DNA of 64,000 nucleotides from a bacterium (GTDB taxonomy: Bacteria > CLD3 > SB21): the NCBI GenBank assembly GCA_013360215.1, contig JABWCP010000006.1:40470-104469 (forward strand), written 5' to 3'. Within the stretch, counting starts at the first letter, position 1. Each line of letters opens with the position of its first letter. This document shows, in pieces, positions 29,294 through 38,890 of the stretch. A program made the translations under genes and the position numbers. The notes below the pieces were generated by a model, which did no database searches, was not told where the DNA came from, and was given only the letters and a program-made list of their open reading frames with translations.

Positions 29294-30610
29294 ATGAAGC
29301 GTATCATACCACTAATGCTGTTACTTATTATCGGAAGTAATCCCGTCAACGCTCAGATACCACAATACATCACTTTTCAGGGTGTGCTGACGGAGGCGGA
29401 CGGCAACCCCAAACCGGACGGCAATTATTCAATTGATTTCAAGATTTACGATCAACCATCCGGAGGCACTTCAAAATACAGCCAGAACGAAAGTGTTTCG
29501 ATCAGACGCGGTGTTTTTTCCGTCAAACTCGGCCCTTTGCCGGCCACGCTCCGATTTGATGTACCTTATTATCTGGGCATCACAGTATCCGGTGGCATAG
29601 AGATGTCACCGCGCATTGCGCTGAATAGCACGCCGTATAGTTTGTCATCTGTTCGAGCCGATACGGCAAAAACTACTCTGGATGGCGGCATCACTTCCGC
29701 TAAAATAGCCTCCGGTTCGATTTCTGACGGACATGTCGCTTCAGGAGCGGCTATCGCCGGTACGAAAATCACACCTAATTTTGGTTCACAAAATATCACA
29801 ACAAGCGGAAGCGTGACGGCCACATCATTTAGCGGAGATGGAAGTGCACTGACCAACGTCGGCGCAGGTAGTATTCCTGACGGCTCAATAACATCCACTA
29901 AAATATTGGACGGAACGATCACCAATGCAGATATAAACGCGACGGCAGGTATTGCGACGAGCAAGATTAGTGGTACGGTGACTTCCATCAGCGGACACGG
30001 CCTTGGGAGTCTAGCAACTAAAAATACTGTGGACTCTTCTACGATTACCGACGGCTCGATAACGAATGCAGACATACGTGCCAATGCGGGCATATCCGGA
30101 ACTAAAATCAATCCAGATTTTGGTAGTCAGAATGTGGCTACGACAGGAAATGTCACTGCAAATAGTATTCAGGGAGACGGGGGGAACCTTACAGGGTTTA
30201 TGAAAATAAGACAAATAGTTCAAGATGGTCATAGTAGTCAGGTTTCATGCAATTCAGAAGAAACAAAATCAGTTATAAGTTTATCGCTTAATGTAGGGAG
30301 CACTACAAACCATGTCTTAATTCAAATTTCAAGTGAAATTCGCGCTGATGCTGGTTCGAATATCAGGACAGGAATAATCAGACTAAAACGCAATGGAGCC
30401 ACCACCATCAAGGCCCAGGAAATAACAACATATGCTGTTCCGTTTAAGACGCCATTTTCAATGTCATATGTTGATTCACCTAATTCAAGTTCTTTGGTTA
30501 CTTACGAACTTGAAGTGTCAACTGTTGGAAGCTCACCATTGGTTTTGAATTTTAATAGTGGATCATTCCTAAATGGTATAACAATGACTTTAATGGAAAT
30601 CGCGCCTTGA
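29294..30610 (+). CDS. Secreted fibre/adhesin-like protein with phage-tail-fibre-type repeats
   Basis: Signal peptide; ITFQGVLT N-domain; repeated DGSIT/TKI-P-FGSQN units; beta-rich tip ending DSPNSSSLVTY...TLMEIAP. Confidence 0.7.
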   Translation: MKRIIPLMLLLIIGSNPVNAQIPQYITFQGVLTEADGNPKPDGNYSIDFKIYDQPSGGTSKYSQNESVSIRRGVFSVKLGPLPATLRFDVPYYLGITVSGGIEMSPRIALNSTPYSLSSVRADTAKTTLDGGITSAKIASGSISDGHVASGAAIAGTKITPNFGSQNITTSGSVTATSFSGDGSALTNVGAGSIPDGSITSTKILDGTITNADINATAGIATSKISGTVTSISGHGLGSLATKNTVDSSTITDGSITNADIRANAGISGTKINPDFGSQNVATTGNVTANSIQGDGGNLTGFMKIRQIVQDGHSSQVSCNSEETKSVISLSLNVGSTTNHVLIQISSEIRADAGSNIRTGIIRLKRNGATTIKAQEITTYAVPFKTPFSMSYVDSPNSSSLVTYELEVSTVGSSPLVLNFNSGSFLNGITMTLMEIAP

Positions 30611-30661
30611 AATTAACGTTATCAATAAATCGTACAAATCTTCAAAGTGGAGGAAATTAAA

Positions 30662-30946
30662 ATGGAATTTCATGATTTAAATCTTGAAGAAATAGAAAAT
30701 CTAACAAAAGACGAGTTAAGAATTGCTTCATTGGAAATGGATTCAGAAATCAATGACTTGGAAGTGTTACTTGTTTCCACAACAATCACAACGAATTTCT
30801 GCTCATTGTATCGCCCAAAAATGCGTAAGACCCTTAAGAGAATTCTTAATATTATATCCCATCCTATACTCAAGGCTATAATTGGAAGCAAGCCATCCAA
30901 AGCATTAAAAAAAATAATCGAAATTCTTGACAAGGTTTGTCCATAA
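30662..30946 (+). CDS. Hypothetical 94-aa protein
   Basis: SD ggagga; AT-rich; acidic N-half and basic C-half. Confidence 0.55.
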   Translation: MEFHDLNLEEIENLTKDELRIASLEMDSEINDLEVLLVSTTITTNFCSLYRPKMRKTLKRILNIISHPILKAIIGSKPSKALKKIIEILDKVCP

Positions 30947-31256
30947 ATATTATGGTTAAAAAAGAACAATGTTCTGATTCAATTGATAAGAATCTGCAGT
31001 CGATAAGAATAACTGAATCCGAACTTAATTATAAGAAGTTTTATTTTTAATTTATTTTTTTCCAAATAGCGGCCTTGTATAGCAGTATCGCATTTGAGCA
31101 ACACTTTTTCTGGACGTGCATGATGTAAACGACGATCTAAATTAAAAATTCAATGATACCGATATGTCTTCGAACTCCATTTTGCCTTGCTCGATTGGTT
31201 TGATTTTGACTTACGCTTAGTATGTCAATTGTCTTCAATAAATCATAGGTATTCTC

Positions 31257-33692
31257 ATGAAAAAAATCATTCTCATATCATTATTATTTGCACAAAATTG
31301 GAATCCTATTTATTCTCAAGAACAAATTTTACTACCTTCGTTCACGTCAGGATTTGATAAACCATCGGGTTCTGGAGCGGTGATCTCGGCATCCATCGGT
31401 GTGATCGCTGCCGATACCAGTACGGGTTCGGGCGTTTCACTGGGCGGAGGATTTTTCGGTTATACGATCAATACGGTGCCGCCGACACGCGTTGCTAATT
31501 TTACCGCCAATCCGGTAGATACCACACAAGTGACACTGGCATGGCAAGCAAGTATAGGGGACACGTCAAGTTTTCGTTATTTCATATATCGCGGCGCTAC
31601 GCGTACCGGCGCTTATCAGCGTGTGGATTCGACGATCAGAACGCAACTGAATATCAATGATATAGGTCGTGTACGCAAAACAGTGTACTTTTATTACGTG
31701 ACTGCAAAAAATCGTTGGGGTACTTCTTACACATCAGACACGGCACAGGTCACGACCTACGGCGAACCCGATACGCCTTCCAGCTTTACGGCACAATTGG
31801 AGTCAGGCAAAGTCAATCGCATCCAGATGACATGGTCAGCTTCAGATTTTGACCCGTCGCAGTATAAAATCTACAGATCAAACCAAGCAACAACCGGTTT
31901 TGTTGCTATAGATTCTGTCCATAGCGGTACTTTAGTATTCACCGATAGCACACTGCAATTGGGTGCGACATACTACTACAATGTTCGGGCAAAGAATAGT
32001 TGGGGAGAGTCGGCACCCACCATCACGCGCAATGTTACATCCGGAAATCTGACGCTGGCCTATTCCGGTACACCGCCTACCAATGTCACAGAAAATCAAT
32101 CAGCGCTCGTACAGGCTACGATCAATGCGGATCGGGGCAATGGGGATATCGTGAAGCTGTATTATAAGGCCGGCGGCGCGGCTTCTTATTCGGATTCGGC
32201 AGATATGAATTATTCCGGAGGCGTATATTCATATTCGATTCCGTGGAATAAGATTGCTTCGCGCGGTGCCGTTTATTTTGTTCGTGCTCGTGTGGGTAAT
32301 TCAAACCAATCGGAATCTGAAAAACATATCACCGCTGCTATAACTTCCGGTGTGACCAAAAGTAATAGTCAGCCTGTAGCAGTAGCCAAAAAACATGACC
32401 TATCCAAATTTGAAATTATCTCCATTCCTCTCGACATCACCGGCGCAAAAGATGTGAATACAGTGCTTGGATCAATTTTTGGAGAAAAGGGCAAAGAGTG
32501 GGAAATATGGAACTATAGCAGCGGCAATCAGATTTTTACCGGTAATATTGCTTCCGGAAAAGGGTATTGGTTCATTACGACCAAAGAGGGTTCGCTTAAA
32601 ACCGGCGCGGCCAAAACTTTTACTACCGAAACGCCATACACTGTGAGCGTACAGTCAGGATGGAATATTATCGGCAATCCGTTCCATTTCGACGTTTCGA
32701 CGTCGGATATTATTCCCTCTTCCGGAGTCTCTATTGAAAATTCTAAATTCTACACTTGGGGCGTCAACAAAGATTGGCAGGAAGTAAGTTCGATCAAACC
32801 GTGGTTCGGTTACTACGTAAAAGTCATCGGCAATGGGAATTTGCTTATTTATCCTAAAGCGGCCGGGAGTGTTTCTAAACCTCTTATGAGAAGCGTTGCA
32901 TCGGATTTTGACAAAGGCGAATGGTTGATCAATATTCAAGCCGTAAGCGAAGAAATCGCAGATAAACATAATTTTATCGGTGCGCTTTCCCATGCGGATG
33001 ATGCCGTGGATGAAGAAGATTATTACGATACACCGTTACCGCCGGGCGATCAGCGTCTGCACCTCTATTTTCCGCATAAGGATTGGGGATCGAAGTCTGA
33101 TGACTACGGGATCGATATGCGCCGCGTATCGGAGGAAGGCCATACGTGGGATTTTGAAGTGTCAACGAATATCACGCGTTCTCATATAGTGATCGGCGAG
33201 CCGGTGAATCTGCCGGAAAATTTCAGTGTGCGCGTTATGGATACGGATTTGCGTGTAATGTACGATGCGAAGCAACAAAAAGAAATTCCTGTAATCCTGA
33301 CTTCCAAAACGAGCGACGCGCGACATTATAAAGTGCTCGTAGGAACGGAAGCATATATCAATGCGCACGATATGGGTTTTTTGGGCTTGCCTACAGGATT
33401 CGAATTAAATCAAAACTATCCCAATCCCTTTAATCCGACAACGACAATCAAGTTTGCGCTTCCCGTTGCATCAAAAATTGAAATTACGATTTATAATGCT
33501 TTAGGTCAGGTGGTGCGTAAGCTTGCAGATCGCGAGTATGCGGCGGGGTATCAGTTCGCCCAATGGGACGGAAAAGACAATCGTGGAAGCATGGCGGCGT
33601 CCGGAGTGTACATCTACCGTCTGACCGCACGCAGTTTAGACGGTTCAGGTAAAAGTTTTACGAAATCCCAAAAGATGCTGCTGATGAAGTGA
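31257..33692 (+). CDS. Secreted FN3-domain protein with T9SS/FlgD-Ig-like C-terminal sorting domain
   Basis: Two FN3 repeats (VTLAW...YYVTAKN; MTW...YNVRAKN); C-terminal LNQNYPNPFNPTTTI...SGVYIYRL. Confidence 0.85.
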   Translation: MKKIILISLLFAQNWNPIYSQEQILLPSFTSGFDKPSGSGAVISASIGVIAADTSTGSGVSLGGGFFGYTINTVPPTRVANFTANPVDTTQVTLAWQASIGDTSSFRYFIYRGATRTGAYQRVDSTIRTQLNINDIGRVRKTVYFYYVTAKNRWGTSYTSDTAQVTTYGEPDTPSSFTAQLESGKVNRIQMTWSASDFDPSQYKIYRSNQATTGFVAIDSVHSGTLVFTDSTLQLGATYYYNVRAKNSWGESAPTITRNVTSGNLTLAYSGTPPTNVTENQSALVQATINADRGNGDIVKLYYKAGGAASYSDSADMNYSGGVYSYSIPWNKIASRGAVYFVRARVGNSNQSESEKHITAAITSGVTKSNSQPVAVAKKHDLSKFEIISIPLDITGAKDVNTVLGSIFGEKGKEWEIWNYSSGNQIFTGNIASGKGYWFITTKEGSLKTGAAKTFTTETPYTVSVQSGWNIIGNPFHFDVSTSDIIPSSGVSIENSKFYTWGVNKDWQEVSSIKPWFGYYVKVIGNGNLLIYPKAAGSVSKPLMRSVASDFDKGEWLINIQAVSEEIADKHNFIGALSHADDAVDEEDYYDTPLPPGDQRLHLYFPHKDWGSKSDDYGIDMRRVSEEGHTWDFEVSTNITRSHIVIGEPVNLPENFSVRVMDTDLRVMYDAKQQKEIPVILTSKTSDARHYKVLVGTEAYINAHDMGFLGLPTGFELNQNYPNPFNPTTTIKFALPVASKIEITIYNALGQVVRKLADREYAAGYQFAQWDGKDNRGSMAASGVYIYRLTARSLDGSGKSFTKSQKMLLMK

Positions 33693-34148
33693 ATCAATTT
33701 TTGTTCAGCGATAAGCTTTGGACGGAAGATAGATGCTTTGATCATAAACGATACAAAATACCGGAATACTCGCGTGCGCGAAAATCTATACGGATAAACA
33801 TGATTGATACAACCTAGTATGGGCACCGGCTTTGACAGTTGAAATTTCCTCTATCGAGCATTCTAGGGCAAAACCAAGTGACTATTGCATAATAGAGTTT
33901 ATTTAAACTATGTTTAACCATTATGCTCCAAAATTTACCGTGTATGCTACGGGAAGCGGTGTTGGTGTCTTGTGTATATACATTAATTTTAACTCCTCGT
34001 CACTGCAATAATGCTGTAGTGTCGAGGTGTCGTGAGTGATCGATTCTCTTTAGCACGCCTTAGAGTGTTCTTCTTTTTCTAAAAAATATTTCGCGCTGGA
34101 AAAAATAGCAAGTGTGATACTTTTTAAGGGCCTCAAAAATATCAGTCC

Positions 34149-37100
34149 ATGATACACAACACGTTAATGCTATTCCGGTTATATTTTTTTTATTTGCTCT
34201 TAACAGGTTATCTATCGCAAATATGCGCACAGCCTGAAGCATATCATGTAGATAAGATCGGCCGTGAACACGGCCTTTTGCAAAACAGGGTAACGTGTCT
34301 TTTGCAAAGTCGCGACGGTCGGATATGGATCGGAACCCGTGAAGGGTTGCATTGTTACGATGGCTCACTAATGAAGTTGTACCTCTCGGATTCTCTGGCC
34401 GCATCACTATCGAGTAATTACATAACAGCGATTGCCGAAGACAGTCTGGAAAGTATATGGGTCGGCACCGAACGTGGCTTAAATCGTATAAATCGTTACT
34501 CCGGGGAGGTTTCCCGTCATCCGGTGATTACGGAAGATCAGCATTCAGTTTCAGATGGTCGCGTAACAAGTCTTTTTACTGATGCTCGCGGGCGTTTATG
34601 GGTCGGGACTTTGCAGGGCTTATTTCGGTTTTCGGAAAATGGCTTTATATCCTATCCACTAAAATGGCCAGACAAAACGGATTCGACGATATTGTTTCCT
34701 GTACGTGTCATGTATCAGCCGCTTCATAATCCGGATGAACTCTGGATCGGCACTACCGGACTAGGTATGCTCGTAATGGATATGGACAAAGGTGTTTATA
34801 CACGCGTAGCTGCGGTGACTACCCGCGCACCGACTGCTGATATTTCGACTGTATGGTCTATCTATAGTCAGGGAGACTCCGTCGTGTGGATGGGCACCCC
34901 CAATGGTCTTATCCGATGGGGGCGAACTTATAATCAATGGCGTTCATACCAGCCGCAAAAAACAGATCGGTATAGTATCAATGATTTACGCATACGATGT
35001 GTAACGACTGCCGATGCCTCGGGCTTATGGATCGGTACATCGAACGGAGGGTTAAATTATTTCGACATGGTTTCGGAACGTTTTTATCATATAGGCAATG
35101 ATCCCGATAATGCTGTTTTTTTTCGTGATTATGTCAATGCTTTAATCAAAACTTCTGACGGTACATTATGGGTCGGAACGCATGCTCATGAACTATATAA
35201 AATATCGAAAACGGCGATACAGTATAAGCATTATGCCACCAAAGACGGATTACCGCACGATATGGTGCGCTGCTTTTGGGAAGACATAGACAGCGCCGTC
35301 TGGGTAGGGACAGAAAATGGCGTAGCACGATGGGCCGAAGGCCAATTCAGCGTATTCCCGGTTGCTATGAGTAACTTACAAATACGGATGATCTACCGGG
35401 ATCGTAGGCAAAACTTATGGATCGGTTCCCGATTAGGAGGTATTTGGCGGCAAGATGCGAACAAAACGATAAGGCGATTTGTACAAAATAAAAATTTGCT
35501 CGGCTCGCTTTCGGGAAATCGCGTTTACACCTGTTACGAAGATACGCTGTCAGATGTACTGTGGGTAGGTACTTATAAAGGTGGATTAAACCGTTTTGAT
35601 TATAGCAGCGCACGCTTTGAACTCTACCGGTATGATTCATCACGATTTGGAAATTCTAATTACGAATTTGTCAATGCCATTGCTTTACAATCGGATTCCA
35701 TCGTGTGGCTGGGTACACGGCATCACGGATTGATTCGTTTCGATGTGCGCCGACGGCAGTTTCGTTATTTTTCCGGAGAACGTTATGGCGCCGAAGACAA
35801 TCATGTATATGGATTGTGCATTGATCGAAAAGGGTATTTATGGGTTGCGACCGGTAAAGGGCTTCAGCGATGGGACATGCAAAATCTGACACCCACGGTA
35901 TTTACCGTTAAGGACGGTTTGGCTAATGATATGGTGTATTCAGTGCAGGAAGATTTGCACGGTCGGATTTGGCTTACCAATAACAATGGTCTGACGGTGC
36001 TGCGTTGGGGTGATGAAAATCAAAAGCCATCGGTTACTAATTTTTCCGGCGGTAAAGATTTGCCTATACGTCAGTTCGAGCCCGGGTCGGGCTTCAGAAA
36101 AAAAGACGGTACTTTACTTTTTGGAGGCGTCGAAGGGTTTATTCATGTATTCCCGGAGAGCGTTGAAAAAAAAGATAATCTTCTTAGGCCCTATCTTACA
36201 CGGTTTGAAGTTTTTCAGGAAGCGTGGCCATTGGATACCGTGATAGATCGAAAAACGGCGATCGTACTCCCGTATGATAAAAATTTTTTTACTTTTCAGT
36301 TCTCAGCCATCGGGTTTCAGCGTTCCGATGAGTTGGAGTTTGAATATCTATTGGAAGGTTTAGATCGCCATTGGGTGACTGTACACCGAGGTCAGCGAGA
36401 TGTATCTTATGCCAATATTCGATCAGGCGAGTATTTCTTTACATTGCGGGCCAAGCTTGACGGTGCAATCGTGGGCATGCCCGCACGAATAAAGGTTATC
36501 GTTCAAACCGCATGGTGGGATACCATACTTTTTCGTCTATCTATAATTGTGATCGTTTTGATTTCCGGAGCCGGCATATTCCGAATGCAATCAAAGCGCA
36601 TGCATAAGAGAAACAAAGAACTCAGGGAATTATCCAATCATCTTGTGCAAGCCCGTGAATCCGAAAGGCTCAAAATAGCCCGCGAAATTCACGATGAATT
36701 AGGGCAGAGCCTTGCGGTGATGAAAATCGAAGCATCCGTGGTTGATGATGACCATACTTCCATAATACATCTGATCGACGAGGCCGCTCGAAAGGTCCAG
36801 TCTATTGCACTGGAACTTCGTCCGGCTATTTTAGACGACATCGGTTTATCGGCAGCAATAGCGGCGCATATGCGGGATATTATCTTAAAAACGAATATCC
36901 ATTGGCGGTTGGATATAAATGATGTAGAAGCATCCGACTTGGCTAATATTACGGCGTTCAGGATTTTCCAGGAGTGCGTGACCAATATCCTGCGCCATTC
37001 CAACGCCACCGAAGCTTCCGTAACGCTGAGTCAAACGCAAGGTAAACTATTTTTAACCGTCGATGATAACGGATCGGGAATCGATGAAATACATCTTACG

Positions 37101-37235
37101 AGCAGTAAATCAATCGGCCTGATCGGCATGCGTGAGCGTATCCGTGCTGTCGGCGGTCATATTTTTATCAAAACGGCTGTCGGACAGGGAACCCATATCC
37201 GTGTTGAACTGCCATCAGAACCCGTGGAGTCATGA
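34149..37235 (+). CDS. Sensor histidine kinase with two-component regulator beta-propellers, Y_Y_Y and HisKA_3 domains
   Basis: Many LWIGT/VWVGT repeats; FEYLLEGLD; IAREIHDELGQ; QECVTNILRH; DDNGSG. Confidence 0.93.
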   Translation: MIHNTLMLFRLYFFYLLLTGYLSQICAQPEAYHVDKIGREHGLLQNRVTCLLQSRDGRIWIGTREGLHCYDGSLMKLYLSDSLAASLSSNYITAIAEDSLESIWVGTERGLNRINRYSGEVSRHPVITEDQHSVSDGRVTSLFTDARGRLWVGTLQGLFRFSENGFISYPLKWPDKTDSTILFPVRVMYQPLHNPDELWIGTTGLGMLVMDMDKGVYTRVAAVTTRAPTADISTVWSIYSQGDSVVWMGTPNGLIRWGRTYNQWRSYQPQKTDRYSINDLRIRCVTTADASGLWIGTSNGGLNYFDMVSERFYHIGNDPDNAVFFRDYVNALIKTSDGTLWVGTHAHELYKISKTAIQYKHYATKDGLPHDMVRCFWEDIDSAVWVGTENGVARWAEGQFSVFPVAMSNLQIRMIYRDRRQNLWIGSRLGGIWRQDANKTIRRFVQNKNLLGSLSGNRVYTCYEDTLSDVLWVGTYKGGLNRFDYSSARFELYRYDSSRFGNSNYEFVNAIALQSDSIVWLGTRHHGLIRFDVRRRQFRYFSGERYGAEDNHVYGLCIDRKGYLWVATGKGLQRWDMQNLTPTVFTVKDGLANDMVYSVQEDLHGRIWLTNNNGLTVLRWGDENQKPSVTNFSGGKDLPIRQFEPGSGFRKKDGTLLFGGVEGFIHVFPESVEKKDNLLRPYLTRFEVFQEAWPLDTVIDRKTAIVLPYDKNFFTFQFSAIGFQRSDELEFEYLLEGLDRHWVTVHRGQRDVSYANIRSGEYFFTLRAKLDGAIVGMPARIKVIVQTAWWDTILFRLSIIVIVLISGAGIFRMQSKRMHKRNKELRELSNHLVQARESERLKIAREIHDELGQSLAVMKIEASVVDDDHTSIIHLIDEAARKVQSIALELRPAILDDIGLSAAIAAHMRDIILKTNIHWRLDINDVEASDLANITAFRIFQECVTNILRHSNATEASVTLSQTQGKLFLTVDDNGSGIDEIHLTSSKSIGLIGMRERIRAVGGHIFIKTAVGQGTHIRVELPSEPVES

Positions 37236-37236
37236 T

Positions 37237-37857
37237 ATGTATGTGCTTATTGTAGATGATCATGCCGTTGTACGCTTTGGCGTTGAAAAAATATTGAGCG
37301 CCGAATTTAAAGAAGTACGTATTGACGAAGCATCCGACGGAGAAAAAGCTTTGGAGCTATTCAGAATTTCGGATTATGATCTTATTTTGCTTGATATGGC
37401 TCTACCCGGGCGCAATGGGTTTGATGTCCTTCGGCATATTAAGACTGAAAAACCGGATCAGCGTGTTTTGGTATTATCTATGCAGACACAGGAGGAGTAT
37501 GCCTTACGCGTGCTCAAGGCCGGTGCAAACGCTTTTGTCTGTAAGACATCACTGACGGATGAACTTATTGTAGCCATACATCGTGTAATGCGAGGCGGTA
37601 GATTTGTCTCCGCACCTATTGCCGAAGCCGTGACTGTATCATTTGGAACGGATGAGGTTATACACCGAAAACTCTCTCAGCGCGAATTTCAGGTGTTGTG
37701 CCTGATCGGTGGCGGGAAAACGGTAACTGAGATAGCGGACGAATTGTGCATCAGTGTAAAAACGGTCAGCACCTTACGTGAGCGCTTATTGAAAAAACTA
37801 GGACTGAATACCACGGCTGAAATCATACGTTATGCGATCGAGAATAAATTTGTCTGA
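37237..37857 (+). CDS. NarL/LuxR-family response regulator
   Basis: IVDDHAVVR, LDMALP, LSQREFQV...SVKTVST. Confidence 0.94.
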   Translation: MYVLIVDDHAVVRFGVEKILSAEFKEVRIDEASDGEKALELFRISDYDLILLDMALPGRNGFDVLRHIKTEKPDQRVLVLSMQTQEEYALRVLKAGANAFVCKTSLTDELIVAIHRVMRGGRFVSAPIAEAVTVSFGTDEVIHRKLSQREFQVLCLIGGGKTVTEIADELCISVKTVSTLRERLLKKLGLNTTAEIIRYAIENKFV

Positions 37858-38010
37858 TTGATCTTTCCGCCTTTGTTTGCGATCATCAAATAGCTCTTAC
37901 CTGCAATGCTTAAAGAATGATGGCTTTAAATTCGTAGCGCCTACAGATTTTGATCAATTTCAGGTTTAATCCACGTCATTGATGACCTATCTATTTCTCC
38001 GGCAAAAAAC

Positions 38011-38054
38011 ATGTAGGACAAACCCCGACAACAAAATCAGAGTTTGTCCTACAT
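38011..38054. promoter_or_regulatory. Inverted repeat, candidate NarL-family operator
   Basis: atgtaggacaaac-N18-gtttgtcctacat, perfect 13-bp arms, no U-tail. Confidence 0.55.
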
Positions 38055-38133
38055 ACAAACCTATGCGCTTTTGTTATCTTATAGCATATTTAAATCATCC
38101 GATTTCCTAATCTCAGTTTAAGACAGGTGACTT

Positions 38134-38235
38134 TTGGCTGATCGTGAAATCAGAGAACGCTATGTCATACGTTTGTTGATTATTATTTTTACAGCGGCTT
38201 TGCTGATAATGATATATCTGCTTGTAAGGCTTTAG
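38134..38235 (+). CDS. 33-aa single-TM small protein
   Basis: aggtga upstream of TTG; MADREIRERYVIRLLIIIFTAALLIMIYLLVRL. Confidence 0.4.
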   Translation: MADREIRERYVIRLLIIIFTAALLIMIYLLVRL

Positions 38236-38307
38236 ATTTGAAGAAAAATCCGAACACAACATGACGGATAAAATGAATATACAGGCGAACGAAAAGGTGG
38301 AATTGAA

Positions 38308-38628
38308 GTGAAAAACGAGAAATACGATACAACAAGAGAATTTGTAACGACGTTGAGCGAAATAATAGCTCAACCGGGTCATCATGTACTGGATAAAATT
38401 GTTTCCATTTGTTCACGATTAAGGGGTACGTACGTACCATCGGCAAAGTACGTTCTTCGCCAGAGCGCCATTCATCGTGTGATTGATTTGCACCATCAGG
38501 GCAAGTCGGTTCGTGAAATTACCGCTTCCGTTGGTTTAAAAAAATCTACCGTTTATAAAATTCTCAAAGAGCATCACTTCAATGTGTGCACCCTCAAAAA
38601 ACGAAACGCGGGAACTGTAACTGCATAG
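38308..38628 (+). CDS. Small HTH protein, Mor/C activator-like (paralog 2)
   Basis: 53 of 83 aligned residues identical to 28055-28360 by hand count. Confidence 0.72.
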   Translation: MKNEKYDTTREFVTTLSEIIAQPGHHVLDKIVSICSRLRGTYVPSAKYVLRQSAIHRVIDLHHQGKSVREITASVGLKKSTVYKILKEHHFNVCTLKKRNAGTVTA

Positions 38629-38747
38629 TAGGAAAGTAGTTCAATCCGACCGATTAGATTCTGAACCGAATTTTTTAAATTATGGCGACTCTGTTTTTAT
38701 TCTGGTAACATTCGGCACTAATATCATTCTACAGCAAGTACCTATCA

Positions 38748-38820
38748 TATACAAGGCCGGGATATTAATCTTGATAATAAACAAACCGATCTATATCAAA
38801 GGTTTAAGAAAAAGTATGAT
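38748..38820 (+). repeat. Right copy of 73-bp direct repeat (orphan amidohydrolase 3' end, ...KKKYD then TAG)
   Basis: Matches 20278-20350; followed by a related terminator at the same offset. Confidence 0.95.
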
Positions 38821-38861
38821 TAGTGCCTAAAGCTATGGGATAAGAATTTCATTTTAAGTAT

Positions 38862-38890
38862 AAAAAGCGGGTTTAACCTCGCTTTTTTTT
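38862..38890 (+). terminator. Rho-independent terminator homologous to 20394-20419
   Basis: aaaaagcgggtttaacctcgctttttttt. Confidence 0.7.

Larger units (their letters stand above)
20351..38820. mobile_element. Putative genomic island (~18.5 kb) inserted at the amidohydrolase 3' end; no integrase seen
   Basis: Flanking 73-bp direct repeats 18470 bp apart, AT-rich segments, accessory gene content. Confidence 0.7.

Noticed and set aside
20351..38747. Prophage or ICE call for the island
   Set aside because: No integrase, terminase, capsid, relaxase or T4SS genes; only Mor-like and fibre-like genes hint at phage ancestry
20278..38820. DGR template/variable repeat pair: all 4 mismatches have A in the distal copy, and the proximal copy is at a gene 3' end
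   Set aside because: There is no reverse transcriptase or Avd gene in the window, and the target is an amidohydrolase rather than a CLec/Ig fold. Four differences are compatible with AT-biased decay, and the homology extends into the terminator. Reconsider only if an RT exists elsewhere and reads show A-specific variation.
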